A DNA stretch of 64,000 bases from Octopus vulgaris (taxonomy: Eukaryota). The notes under the pieces are model-generated. The model did not search any database. It was not told the DNA's origin and saw only the letters and a program-made list of their open reading frames with translations. A program made the position numbers and the translations under genes. This document shows positions 1-14,208 of this stretch, piece by piece (within the stretch, counting starts at the first letter, position 1; each line of letters opens with the position of its first letter). Location: positions 109,678,001-109,742,000 of the forward strand of contig OX597817.1 in NCBI GenBank assembly GCA_951406725.2. The letters are read 5' to 3'.

Positions 1-1249
1 TATATCTGGATAACATGCCAAGAGCATAACTGTTATTTCTGTCTCTGGAAACCAATATTTCATCAGTGAAAAACTAGATTGCGTTTGGTTTGGTTACCAA
101 CATATTGATGTCTGATAAGTTTTCAGTGAAAATGTTTGCATCACACCATTTAATAAACAGTTGAATTCAATGATTGTAATGCTGCTGTCAAAGCGATGGA
201 GCTACAGATTTGCTGAAATGTGCCAAATTAATTTTCATGATTGACATAATTAAGTATTGACATGAAGTAATTAAGAGCTACCGTCACAAATCTGCAATTT
301 AATGTCAGAATCCATATTGACTATAAAATTCATATTGGTATCTGCAGACTATTATAAAGAGTTAGAACTATTTCAAAGAGGAGCTTAACTTCTTATTTAA
401 ACTGAGTCTTTCTCACAAGTTCTGCAACAAAATTATCATGAAACACTTCTAATATAACTTAAACTTAATGTCTCTCATTTTATAGAAGCAAACAGTATTA
501 TGATTTGTGAATTGTTCTATATATATAAAGTTCGTAAAAGCCTCGGTCTTTTATTTAAAAAAAAGGAAATATAAAAGGAATAGACATGTCTTTTAATCTA
601 GAGCAAAGCATTGAGAGATTTGTTTTCTTTTGCAGTGAATCAAAGGTTCAAAGTATTATTTACTTGGAGAATCCTTAGTTATAAAACAATGTTTCAATTT
701 GCTCTGATACGTAAAATATTATTGTCATAGTTTTTTTTTTTACAATCCTGCACTGAACTTTAAAATTACAGCTTCCCTTTTTTACCCCTTAACCAAGACA
801 ACTTTCATATATATATTTAAGGTAAATAATAGGTAGTATAACTTTATTTGATCTCTTCTGATTTCTCATCAGGAATCAAGAAAAGTCACTTAACAGTTTG
901 TAGTTGATTAGTGTCTGTATAAAATGGCTGACTCTTCCCATTTACTTGATTTGTTAAACGCTATCGACTTAGTATACTCATCCAACCAGTTATTCTTTGT
1001 ATTGTTATTTTATTGAATAGCAAGTTTAGTTAACAACCTCACTCGATCTCAGTATAACTATTTGGCAAACAGTAAAACATATTTCTTGTATTTATGTGAA
1101 GCTTGTTTACTTCCTACAAGGCTTTTGTACCTTCTTAACAATATCTATAAACTAACATTCTTCTTGTTAGGGTCTAATCACGTCGATATATTGTGCTTTC
1201 ATTCTTTGTACGCCATCATATCACTCTATTATCACATCAATTATTGATA

Positions 1250-1469
1250 GGGCGGCGAACTGGCAGAATCGTTAGCGCGTCGGGCGAAATGCTTAGCGGT
1301 ATTTCGTCTGCCATTACGCTCTGAGTTCAAATTCCGCCGAGGCCGACTTTGCCTTTCATCCTTTCGGGGTCGATTAAATAAGTACCAGTTACGTACTGGA
1401 GTCGATGTAATCGCTTTATTCTTTTTGTCCCCTCTATGTTTCGCCCCCTGTGGCCAATAAATAAATAAA
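1250..1469 (+). mobile_element. SINE family A (tRNA-like head), full length with 20-bp target-site duplication
   Basis: A-box-like TGGCAGAATCG and B-box-like GAGTTCAAATTCC. Core GACTTTGCCTTTCATCCTTTCGGGGTCGA resembles the Meta/MESC SINE domain. (AAAT)n tail. TATCACATCAATTATTGATA is repeated at 1230-1249 and 1470-1489. Confidence 0.9.
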
Positions 1470-1519
1470 TATCACATCAATTATTGATACATATACACGA
1501 ATATCTACATATCTATAAG

Positions 1520-1554
<35 letters not shown>

Positions 1555-2324
1555 ATTTATATATACATATAATTTTATATATACATGTGTATAATACCTG
1601 ATATCGTATTCGTAGTGTGATGCTTCTGTCTACCAACGATAATATAGTACACGAAGAAAGAATCATATACTATCAGGAATATTCAAAGAAGCAACACGAT
1701 TCGTCTAAGTCAAAGGATAAACCATATTTCAGAAAGTAGTTTACTTCATTAAACAATTTTATCAGAAAATCGAGCAGTCAGTCATACATAATATCAGTCA
1801 AGATATCAGTCACAATAGTTTCTTTTTCCATTTATAGAAGTACAAATTATTTGGGGAGCTGGGTATCTCTTAGTTTCTACAAATATTCACTGGAATGCCA
1901 TAAGTAAATAAATAAATTTCCTCATTTCTTACATCTTGATCTTTCAAGAAATGAGTGTATATACGCAGGCATTTCAAGTCAAGTACAACTATTACAACTG
2001 AAACGCAATGAAAACAGACTTTGAGTCAAATGCATAAGTTTGTAAAACTTTTATCTAGAGATATACAATTAGCTGATAGAAGCTTATGTGTATGTTTATA
2101 ACTAACATCTATTTATGAACCTCTAAATAAATAGCCTCTTCCAGTTACTGCTATGAAAAGGGGGTTCAATTTACATAGTTAAACAAACGATGTCAGGCTA
2201 TAAATCTTATTGTCGAAGTTTAGTATCTTATTAACGGTTATGTGTTGTAATTACATTAAACAAATGTTAATTTTCACATAGATTATTGCAGACACTATAA
2301 TAGGAACGAGCTCATATTTTGTCA

Positions 2325-2443
2325 TTAAGTTTACCCAAGTACTTAACTGATATTTATTTTATTGACCCGAAAAGATAAAAGGCAACGTCAAGTTCGTCAG
2401 AATTTTAACTCAAAACGTAAAGATCCGGAAGAAATACCGCTAA
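2325..2443 (-). mobile_element. Degenerate SINE family A
   Basis: Reverse-strand similarity to the family A core (GACCCGAAAAGATAAAAGGCAACGTC...AACTCAAAACGTAAAG). Confidence 0.7.
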
Positions 2444-4335
2444 CATCATGATTTCAATTCCCAGATCGAGCAGTCTGTTGTGTTCTATGGAATTAGAAAT
2501 AATGACTCCAGCTAGTCCCTATCAGGTATCCCAGGTTGTGTACTTTACGAGATGAGACGAGGCATTCAGCCGGAACATCAAACTGATGATCCCAGGAGGG
2601 GGCCCTGAATATGTGATGGGCTATTATTAAACAGAAAATTCTTCACAATCCCCTTGGATTTCGAGAGGAATCTTCTCTCCCAGGGTGGTAAAGAAAGAAC
2701 ATTCTGACTTGCAAAGTTTCTTTCGTAGACACTAAGTACACTTATGACCAAAGGAATTCCAGCTATGGCTACCCAATCTTTTAATTTTGCATTCAGACAG
2801 TATCCAATATAACCTGTTATTCTTTGTCAACAGAGTAGAGTGTAATATGAATAATTGGTTGCTATTTATATCAAACCGAATCAACACGCACAGATCTCCC
2901 GTAGCATTATCTTTGCCTAAAGAGCAGCTTCTACTACTACTACTACTACTACTACTACTAACACCATAAAACTCACCACTTTTACAACTACCATCATTTA
3001 CACTACAACTACATCACTTCTACTATTATTAGTACTAAAAACTAGTCACCTCTCTGAAACGCTGGTGACTAGGGGACATGTACTATATTTCCACTCATGT
3101 TTTTAGATGCCTGTGTAATCACAAGCTGGCATGGACTCATCCCCCGTCATCCTTCACTCCGCAATACACATTTGGAAGGAAAAGGGCTACAATAGCATTT
3201 GCTTGTACTCAGTTCAGCTGTGTAGAGTCAAGCAATGTCAAATGCAGTGGGGTCAAAGAAACGTAGTGCAGCCCGGATCAGAATTCGAACACTCGATTTA
3301 TGAGAGTGTTCCCCAAACCCTAAACATGAAGCCACGTGTCTTCATAACTACTGCTGATGATGATGCTTTAGTACATTAGCTAGGCATAACTATGATTCGT
3401 TAAAAGCTCTTTTAAAGTAACAAGCAGCACCTATTTATACAATTCGCGCATGATCCCGTTTCAAACGAATTTATATTGAAGGTGCTATATTAGTTCTATG
3501 CTCCACTGGGGAATACTCGTAACAAATTCAATGAATTCTTTTTCTATGAGCACATTTCCTGGAGTGATTCGCTTCAACACAACCTCATTTATTTGGAAGG
3601 GCTTTTTACCTTTTTTTATTTATTTTCTTTTCTGTTTTCAAATACTACACAACGACAATAAAAATATTAAGTTACTATTTTTATCACCAAAAGCAACCCC
3701 TCCCGTGTAAATATGAACTTTTTTCTATATGAACCGTATGAATGAGGTTAAAACTATGCTGTGAAAATCTATATTTGTGTAACGGCAGTTACGCTCTGTA
3801 ATCTAACGTTATGTTCTGTGTATGGACGCGTGTGTACTATTTTTGTGTGCATGCATGCTAATTGTTTTATGTGTGTGTGTGCGTGTATGTATGTGTGAGT
3901 GTTTTTTATGCGTGTGTATGTGTATGGTTTCTCGCCTCTGCTGTTTCTCTTCTCTGCTGGAGAAACTGATTATGTCGTCTTATTTCTATCTGTCCCACCC
4001 CTCTTTTTTATAGGATTGCCGGATGTAGAATCATAGCTATAGTTCTAAACTTCATAATACGGAATTTTAGCATTACAGATTTAGCATCCAGTTACCTAGA
4101 ATAGAAAAGTGAGCCATTGGTTGTACCTTTCGCAGTAATTTATAATTGTTACATTTGTTACAAAAACAAAAGGCATCATTATAAACAGGTTACTCAGTGC
4201 TAAATTTTCATTTAATACAAAATATAAACGTATATTAGTTATTGACTAATAATTTTTTCATCCCATAATTATTTTCATTTGGCTATCTAATGCTTCCTTG
4301 CATTAAATATCTTATCATAAATTCGACTGTTTCAA

Positions 4336-4549
4336 GGCAGTGAACTAGCAGAATCGTTATCATAGCAGCTCAAATGCTTCGCGGCATTTCTTCCGGTTTT
4401 ACCTCCTGAGTTAAAACTCCGCCAAATTCTACTTCGTGTTTCATCCTTTCGGGCCAATAAAATAAGTACCAGTTCGTCAATGGGGTCAATGTAACCAACT
4501 ATTTCCTTCCTCTAAAATTTCAGACGTTGTGCCTATATAAGAAAGGATT
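4336..4549 (+). mobile_element. SINE family A, short-tail variant
   Basis: GGCAGTGAACTAGCAGAATCGTTA head, TTTCATCCTTTCGGG core, AAAATTTCAG...TTGTGCCTATATAAGAAAGG tail. Confidence 0.8.
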
Positions 4550-7500
4550 AATTTAGCTATTACTGCCCATTTGGATGACATTTCTGAGTAATTTTCTCTC
4601 GAAAACGCTATATTTTCTTGGCCCAACTATTATACAGTCTCATTCATGTAACGCAGTGGGGATTTTTTTATCTCTTTCTCGTTGATGAGATAAATTAAGA
4701 AGGAAACATATTTGAAGTTGTCTCCCCTACTTCAAAGGAAAATTAAAATATTATTAGTCACTGACCCACCACAAATTTATTGATAGGTAATTTAAATTGC
4801 ATTCCATTGCACTTAAACTTCACTGCCGAAAACTGATAAACAATTGATTTTTGGCAATACGATTATCTTCATTGCAAGAGAAAACCAATAAACAAACAAC
4901 TTGCAGTTTTATTTACTCTCCCTGCATTAAATATTGCAACACTAATTGCTCTTTGATTAACAAAGATTTTGACTAAGCTGAAAACTGCTTATTTATAAGC
5001 ATTTCAAATCAGGTTGAATTTTATAACGGAATCTGTTCCGTCAGCTCTACACCGTACGGATTGAAAATATGTTTTTCTAAAACAAATCGTTATCTGCGGA
5101 TGTTGTAGTGTAACGGGAACTAAGTAAAGTGGCTCTAATTCCAAGTTAGGGTATTTGAGAGAAATGCACCAATACCAAAATTTCTCTTTTCCTTTCCCAA
5201 AATGATTTAACTTTGTGTAATAAACCACTATCAATTAAAATCTGAGGGCCACGGACTAATATAATTGACATAAAGCTAGATGAACTGCATCAAGGTTTGT
5301 CGTTGTTGTTGTTGTTTATGTTGCTGCTTAACATAAGCCAGTCCTGATCGAAGATCTATGATCGACGGCATTCTAGATGTGATTACCCATCTTTCCACAC
5401 ATATCTAAAACCACAATATCCAGTGCATTCTATTCTTGAAAAGGTATTGTGTGATTTCGAAAAAAATTGGATACCACTTCTAACAGGACGAAGAACAACT
5501 TAACTTCTTTTACAGCAGTTCAAAATGTTTAGTTTACCCTTATGTTCCAAGATGGACTCTAGAAAGAGCCGGCCTCGCAATAATCCTCCTACGATAAACA
5601 TAACAAATATATTTAATGTACTGGAGTTAATTGAACCGGCATTGAGCCTACAAATGCAAATTTCTGCTATTTTTCTTGTTTTTAGGAACAATTAAAATTT
5701 TGAAAGTTGTGTTGTGAAGGTAAGCTTTGAATGAGAGGAGATTGTAACACTGTCTAGATTCCTGACTTTAGGAAATTTGCAAACGTCACATCTCGTTCAC
5801 ATTCTCTGAAATAAATATCAAGGTTTCATATAGACGTATGGAATATTTGTTAACAAAAAGTAAAGCATTTCTGCTCGTTAAAAGAGAATGATCTAATTCC
5901 AATTCATGTAGATTATTTTCACTATAACATTGAAATCATTAATTGATTATATTAACTCAGTGCCCAATGTTTCATCAAAGCTAGATCTTGCTAAACATGG
6001 AAAGAATGACAGAACAAGTGACAAAGTATTAAATTGAAATGCTGCGATGTTTGGAAGGCAAACATGAAAAAATACAGACTGCGTTTTACTTTTAAATCGA
6101 GCAAATAGTTTATTATATTTTTGTTATGATTTTAGAAAATCATAAATATTCCGGACATGGTTTAAATTATTTCTATGCATTTATTTTCTATTAATGGGCT
6201 ATGAATTGAAATAGTATCTCAATCTCCACAAATAAAACTTTAAATCAATGATAGATATATTACGTTTTGAATAAAAAATTGTTTCATACAGAATTGCAAA
6301 TAGACTGAGACTCGATGCCATTTAACTCAATATAGAATCAACAATATCGATGGACGGAAATACGTTTCAATATTCCTCTATTGTGCTTGAGAATGGTGCA
6401 AAGAAAACCCCCTAAAAGACGATATTATCAATTTCCATGAAAAGAATGGAGTAAAAATTACGGAAGCTAAAATATTCTATTGCTCTTTGCAGGAACCATT
6501 CTGTTATATATTTCAAATGTAGAGCAAACATTGAATAGTCAATCAGCTATTCTTGGTTTTAGATATGAAAACCGGAATTATATTTTCTATACTTGTCTTC
6601 TGAAATAGAAAACATGTAATTAACATATAGTCATATTAATGTTTGACACTGTCGGATGAGTGTTAATTTTATATGGAGTCGTGAACAAAAGAAGATAAAA
6701 TATAATGTGTCGCCTTACTTTAAAGCTGATTTATTCTCGCTTGGTAATTAGTCTAATAACATTATCTGTGTTACCAATTCAAACAATATTTTTTATTGAA
6801 ATTTCGTAACGCATAATGTGCAGAACTGGAAGCAAACTAACCTGTTTGACCCGTTCAATCATGTGTTTTCTTTCTAAAAAAACTTATTAAAATGAACAAA
6901 ACAAATAAAATCGACTAATAATTGGAAAATGTTTCCATTGGAATTGTTACTGTATTATCATTATTATTATAATTTTATTGAGGTCGACAAATAATATTTA
7001 ACAATATTCCTAGCGAGAACTTGTTTAGAACCCATTTTCAGGTGCAGAATGCCATCTAGTTTTTGTAGTAATACTTGCTCATCAATCAGTGTTTGACCTG
7101 AATTTGGATCTTTTGTGATGGGGAGCGGCGGTAGTATAACTAGAACGAAGAATTGTGGTCACACACTTACTTGTTACTAAAGGAAGTCTTTAAACTAGAT
7201 TTCTATCTCAGTGAGAACCAGTTGTTTTCATTCTATAATGCACTACTTTCTACAATGCAGAAACATTAAATTTTTCCGATATTTTTTCTCTTTTAGCTTT
7301 CACTGTGTTGTTGATAAGAAGTGTTACACTGCATGTGTAAGTAATGTTAGAATTTGGGAAACCTGCAGTAAGAATTTAGTAGACTTCTAGCATGACGTTG
7401 CATACAATTATCAGAATCGTTTTAGCAGGGAACAAGCTCAAACGTACATGTAACAGATGGTCGTACTACTGTAGATGACTTATGGAAACACTGCAAATGA

Positions 7501-8159
7501 AACATTTATAGGACTTTTAAGGAAAATATATTTCAGCAGATTTCTTAACTTTTCGAACCACTGAGGAAGGGGGAAGGTGACAATTTGGCAGAATAGTGTC
7601 AGAATGAATACCTTGCGGCATTCGTTCCGGTTTTCCGCGCACTAAATATTAAATCTGCAATTGTCAACATTGATTTTCTGCCATTTTATAGGTCAATAAA
7701 TAAGTACCAATCCAGTACTAAGATGGATTCACCTCTTTCTCTCCTTTCTCTCTCTGTCTCTCATTCACTCACTCTGTCTTCTTTTTTCTATGGTGTGTAC
7801 CGGAATTTCTCAGAGGTCCAGCCATGTTAAATTACGTCACACCTATACGTCTTGAGAATTATATTAATGGTAGATGTACCTGTAGAATACACATCAGTTT
7901 CACGAGTAGAAATTCAGTCGACCAGAGAAATCAATTTTTGTTACGATGATCAACAGAGAATCTACAAGAAGTATCTGGAACTTAGCACTGGTTTCTTATG
8001 GAGTACCCCTTATGATTAACAAAGTTTATTGTACTTTTTCATTTTATCTATTTACAAAGCTAGATGGAACGGATGAGCGAGTTAAATACAAGTTTTGGAT
8101 ACGTTCATTTACCACAAGGTGACAGGCATCTTCATCAGAGAATATATCAATATTTATGG

Positions 8160-8440
8160 CAGATGTAAGCCTGCGAGCCGGCAGAATCTTTAGCACGCCT
8201 GGCAAAATGCCTAGCAGCATTTCATTCCTCTCTATGTTCTGATTCAAATTCCTCCGAGATTGACTTTCCCTTTCATCATTTCGATAAAATAAGTATTTGC
8301 TGAGTATTGGGGTCAATTTCATCGACTTGACAGCTCCCCCAAAACTGCCCCGTGCCATATTTTGAAACCAATAGTTATGGCAGGAGTAAAGCGGTGAGCT
8401 TAGAGGCATTTTGTCCATCTTTATGTTCTTAGTTCAAAAG
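8160..8440 (+). mobile_element. Degenerate SINE family A followed by a second partial head
   Basis: GGCAGAATCTTTAGCACGCC...GATTCAAATTC...TTGGGGTCAATTTCATCGACTT, then GCGGTGAGCTTAGAGGCATTT. Confidence 0.7.
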
Positions 8441-10199
8441 CCGCTGTTGTTGGTGTCCCTACTATACATGAACTTATCAAACTTATTGCACTTAAGATTG
8501 TTTCCGATTAATACAATGGAACTCAATAAAATATCATCAGAGATTCTACTAGTAAACCTCACATGAAACAACAGTTCTTTTCATTTATAAAATGGAAATG
8601 ATTTTTATTGTTCGTAATATTCATGTCTTTTCAATGTTTCGACAATAGATTTGATGGTTTATTGAAATGTATATTTTAGCAGTTCAGGAGAGTCCTATTG
8701 GCAATTTGTTAAACATGCTATATTGAATTCGCATTCCATTCCGATTTATATTGGAGTAGAGTATTGCTGTATTAGATTATAATGAACACCTATACGACGG
8801 CCAATTTTAATGCTGTTAGATATAAAAGAGGATATAGGAATAAATTCAATAGCGCGTGACTCGGTCAAATATACAACGTTTTCATCGAATGTTCATTATC
8901 AAAAGCCAATCTTTATCATCCGCTCCAGTTGTCCATCTTCGTGAGGACGAATCAAAGCCGGTGCTTTTATGTAGTAGCTCGACGTGATAGATACATCAAC
9001 CAAATCACCAGTTGCTGTCTTTAGAAGGGAAAGTAACTTTGAACACGGTACTTCAGGATTTCCTATAGCTAGAGAAAAAGTAAATGGTCACAACGGTGAA
9101 CTGGGAAAATAGTGACAATATTTACGGCTAAATTTCAAATTAGAAACATACGTTGAACTTCGTATCTCCTTATTCGAACAGTCAAGATATAATTGGCCAT
9201 TTAACATGAAAAACTCCAGAATCTATTACTTTATACGGTAAGAAATTAACTTCGTATAGCAATAATGATACAACCAAGATTAATTCATTAATTGGTCATA
9301 AGTGATATCATAGAAAGCCTTAATTAATTTATCGGCAGTTTTATTGACTTATTCGTTTGTTTTTTCGGCTGCTTCAATATTAAAGATTCTTCAGCATTAT
9401 GTTATCATGACGTATGAACTTTTATTAAAAGTACAGAATTAATAACAACCGATTATTTGTCCAATAACTGCCATCATATGGCAGTTATTGGACTAATAAT
9501 ATTGACTAATAATATTGACTACAAGTTTTGAAGAACTGCTTCAAAAGTTGTTTATCCCAGGTCAGCCATAATGAGAATTATTGCTTATAATGAACGCATA
9601 GACATTACTTCTCAGATTTTTAAAATAGCCACAGATTAAAACTACCGCTGTTAAATAACAAACAATAAATATAAACTAATGTAATTTGAAGTTATTTTGC
9701 TTCTGGTACCTTACAGTAAGTTGATAAACATTGACATTTGAATAATATCTCAAATATATTTTGCTTGAATTCGGTATGAAAATAACTGCCTTACGACAGT
9801 TAAGGTAGTAGAATTAATCGTTCTCTAAAATTTAATAAATAAATAAATAAATAAAACATCTACTTGGTAACGATAATAAAATCTCAGTCTACTAGATGAG
9901 AGAGACTAGGGATTTGACAACAGCATCAATAACGGGTTACACATGAAAAATTTTATTTAACTTGGTATTGCAACAGATTTTCTTTTTTTCAAACTATTAT
10001 AAGAGAAGAACTCTTCACAACTAGTGCATTATTGATTTTTTTCTTTTAGTGAAAGTATTTCTCCCAAGAAAACTAAATATTACAAACCGAATATTCTGTT
10101 TCCATATAATGTTATTGCAGACATCGCGAAATATAAATTATCTTAGAGACATCTATGAAATTACTTCTCAAACATACAATTGCTACAAAATGAGTGTGT

Positions 10200-10400
10200 A
10201 CACACTCACACACACACACATACACACACATACATACATACACACATACATACATACATGCATACATACATACATGCGTACATACATACATACATACATA
10301 CATACATACATACATACATACATACATACATGCATACATACATACATACATACATACATACATACATACATACATACATACATACATACATACATACGTA
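10200..10400. repeat. (CA)n/(TACA)n microsatellite
   Basis: Directly visible; it produces the YIHT/MYVC ORFs. Confidence 0.97.
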
Positions 10401-10601
10401 CATAACATGCTTATATTAAATGTACAAATGGAGAAAGTGTATTCAAGTACTCCATATATAAGTAGCAAACTTTATTCGTTCGAAGCTGTTTCGTTGTCTC
10501 GTGTGAGAATTTTTTTCGTTTTATATATTCGTTTAGATGATAAGATTATAATCAGTTATCCGAACTGAAGCAGAGTTCCGCCGCTGACTGAAAGAAAACT
10601 A

Positions 10602-11175
10602 GGGTCTTTTCTGTTGCTGTCACAGTTTTTGAAATTTCAAAATTAAGTGAAAATTTTCAAATTAGGTACATTGATGTAATTAAGACGACAAATTATTAAG
10701 CAAAATGAAAGCAAAACATTACGATGATAAAAGTTATAGGAAATTTTGTGGTTTTAATAAGTTTTAATGGATAAAAGCATATGAAAAGGTTGAGCAGTCA
10801 TGTAGATGATTTAAAAAGGAAAAAAATCCCCAACAAATCTTTTCGCTGCGGAAAATTACAAAACAAACTGTACGTTAGGGCTAAGGGTTAGGGTTGGAGC
10901 TGAAAGTTAGAATTTGGGCTTGACGTTCAGGGTTGAGGCTTAAGGATATAATTAAGATTTAGGATTAGAGTTAAGGTTTAGGATCTGCTCGACCAGTGGG
11001 TGATTTGGGGCTGATGAATTAGTTAGATGTTTTTAGTGAACACTATTCTAAAATTTTTCTGGAAAAGTGAATAACAAAATCAAATTCAACGTGAAAAATT
11101 ACATCAATATACTAAACTGAAAATTTTCACTGAATTTTAAAATTTCAAAAACTGTGACAGCAACAGAAAAGACCC
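10602..11175. mobile_element. MITE / non-autonomous DNA transposon with ~80-bp terminal inverted repeats
   Basis: GGGTCTTTTCTGTTGCTGTCACAGTTTTTGAAATTT at 10602 has its reverse complement ending at 11175. Imperfect pairing extends to 10681/11097. No coding capacity. Confidence 0.85.
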
Positions 11176-12687
11176 ATAAGTTCTTCTGTGCGATAAAATA
11201 GTACAAAACAAACGAACAGGGATATAAACTTTTTAAAAAGGAAAAATTATCAATGAAATTCTTTTGACGAGAGATTACAAAAAAGACAAACTGTACGTTA
11301 TACTATAGTAATAGTTCAATTCATGTAAACAATTAATACAACTTTTGTGGGAAAATTTCAAAAATTAAAGTTTAGAAAATAGAGATAGATAGGTATAAAA
11401 ACAAAGTAGAGGTGGTTGTAAGCAGACAACAACATGTTACTATGAAAACAGGCAGCAATGTGTCCGTGGCTTTCGACTGACTAAAATTTGCTAAATTTTA
11501 AAAGCTATTAACTTATTATTTATTAATTAATGGCAAAAATTAATTTCGTTTCTATAATTAGCATACAAAACTACACCAGAACACCAAATCGGAAAACATT
11601 TGGAAAAAAAATCAAAAAATAGAAAACTGTGACGGCAACAGAAAAATCCGACAACTACTATTTGTTTTACGAGACTAAATTCGAAAGCAGAATACTTTTG
11701 TTCCATGTGTGTAATATTTAGCGTATTGATTTGATTCCATTAGCCTTCTATTTTAATTGTATTCTCACCTACGTTACTTCATACTTTGCTGGCACTTTAC
11801 CAATTTCGAACGGATTTTAACTCAGATCATAACTAAATATCACAAGGTATCTGTCCAACGCTCTAACCATTCTGCTAACCCCATAATCAAAAATTTTTCT
11901 CTTCATTTTATTTCATTTATTCTGTTTGCATATGATTAAGAGAGTCGATTGACTGAATTTTTAATTGGTTGGACAATTATTAATGGTTAGCGGTAACTGT
12001 TATGGATTTTTGTACTTTAAATTCAAAACTCTCAAGGATCAACATTGCTTTTCACTGTTCTGATGTCAAGTAGAAGCATCTCCCCGCCTCTTTCCCTATT
12101 TTCATTATCTCTTTCTTTTTTCTTCTTTCTTTTTTGCCTCATAATTTGTACATTGCACTGTGAGAAGGTCATAGGAAACCACTCACAGTGTTTCATTCTT
12201 TAGAAATTGGAGAATAATTAAACTAAATGTTAGCAATATTTTCTTACCCAACATATTACAAAAGCCGTCAAAACTAAGACAAGGACGAGTCAATGAATGT
12301 CGATGGACCGATGCGCTGTACAATGCAAGGCTCCGTTGTCAATAATTTCAGAAATATTTGATCAAACGTCCGGTCGAATTAATGTTGTTCATTAATGTTT
12401 TCAATACAATAATATATATATATATATAGTCCAAATGTACAGAAAGCAAAATACTAAGACAAATGAGGAAACAACAAGCAGTTTGACGTTTCAAGCCTAC
12501 ACTCTTTGACAGAAAGGGATGAGTGAAGAAAAATGGAAAGAGAAAGAAAAAACGAAGAGAGAAAAAATGTGTTTGGATTAACGGTTTAACATGATGTACT
12601 GACCGGAATACACACACACACTTATACACAACACATACACAGATATATGTATGTGTGCGCGCGCGCGTGTGAGTGTGTGTGTGTCGA

Positions 12688-12991
12688 GGTGCAATGGCCC
12701 AGTGGTTAGGGCAGTGGACACGCGGTCGTAGGATCGCGGTTTCGATTGCCAGACTGGGCGTTGCGAGTGTTTATTAAACAAAAACACCTAATAGCTCCAC
12801 GAGGCTCCGGCAGGGGGTGGTGGCGATCCCTGCTGTACTCTTTCGCCACAACTTTCTCTCACTCTTTCTTCTTTTGGCCTGCTCGCTTAGCCAGCGGGGT
12901 GGCGTCATTTGAAGGGTAAAACAATGCGAAGCGCATTGTGACCAGCGATGTGTAACAACATCTGATAGCCTGATCGGTCACGATGATCACG

Positions 12992-12995
<4 letters not shown>
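12688..12995 (+). mobile_element. SINE family C (tRNA-derived head), tail type 1
   Basis: GGTGCAATGGCCCAGTGGTTAGGGCA head and GGTTTCGATT B-box-like motif. Near-identical to 62006-62298 on the minus strand. Ends in a (TA)n run. Confidence 0.88.
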
Positions 12996-13036
<41 letters not shown>

Positions 13037-13649
13037 GCAGGATACGATTTTGGGGGGAATTCTTTCGTTATTTTTAGTAGGTAAATGCGATTGTCTTAAG
13101 GGAATTAGATTGGCTTTCACATTATCATCTTTAAAAGAAAGAAAGCAGGTACTGAATAATGTAATCTTAGATACACTAACCCTAAAATAAAATAAAGAAT
13201 TGCAAGGTTTTAACGTGTACTGATCTGGGGTTACATAACAACAAAGTATGAGTATGCCACAACTCTAGAATACATTTCTGGTTTTGTATACCAGTATGAG
13301 CAATCGATATATATATTGTCATGGAAACGGTGGCAATGTTAGCAGAAACAAGAAACTGACTGACCGACTAAATCATATCGTCTTTCGTTTACATTTTCTC
13401 AGTCGATCTGTATAACTTTTGACTTTGAATCTGTGTATCTTGTGTGTATGTGTGTGTAATAGGTTTTAGCACCAACTACCAAAGCAGCGAATTGGCAGTT
13501 GTTTCAGCCTTTGATAGAATGTTTTCTTAGTATTCATTCTGGCTCTTCAAATCCTGCCGAAAATGACACTGTTCTTTATCATGCTTGTGAAGTCAATAGA
13601 GTACCGATCAAGTACAGGGGCCGCATCCTCTCCCTCTATTTTCCCCTCC

Positions 13650-13713
<64 letters not shown>

Positions 13714-14132
13714 CTCAGTATTAGTTACACTGACGGGAGCAAGAAAGAGGCGTATACATCGCGCCCCTATCAGTCCTTTCACCATCTCTCAGTAGGCACA
13801 TTAAAAAAGAAGGAAGAGGAAACTGTGTTATTTCCTATGGAGTCGAGGCTGTAATAGATATAAACTTATGCTTAAAACCATTTCACTAGGTTTTATCGTT
13901 TTTACGCTAATATTCATACAAAAGTTGTGAATATTAAAGGATTCCTTTGTGAACCCCCTTCAAAAATATTTATTGTACCTAAAGCATCAACTCTATGCAT
14001 CTTCTTTTAGCTGGAGGAGGAATTTGTCAATGCCGATGATGTTTTGTAACCTGTACTAGACTGGAGAATTAGATGTGATTGTAGCTCAATTTGAACTTAT
14101 CTAATTTTGCTACACTGAAAGAAAAATTACCA

Positions 14133-14149
14133 TAGTAGTAGTAGTAGTA

Positions 14150-14207
<58 letters not shown>
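14133..14207. repeat. (TAG)n microsatellite
   Basis: Directly visible; it abuts the R4-like fragment. Confidence 0.97.

Positions 14208-14208
<1 letters not shown>

Noticed and set aside
1-160. End of a coding exon (YLDNMPRA* or ...KPIFHQ*) with AATAAA near 152
   Set aside because: Too short and cut by the window edge; no protein recognisable.
10874-10983. Interstitial telomere
   Set aside because: Only a few exact TTAGGG units, and they lie inside a TIR element.
12248-12290. GPCR TM6-like peptide LVLVLTAFVICW before a splice donor
   Set aside because: An in-frame TGA lies immediately upstream and no acceptor intervenes.
12688-12760. tRNA gene
   Set aside because: The tRNA-like head continues into a SINE body and recurs at 31490 and 62230. 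No clean cloverleaf or terminator.
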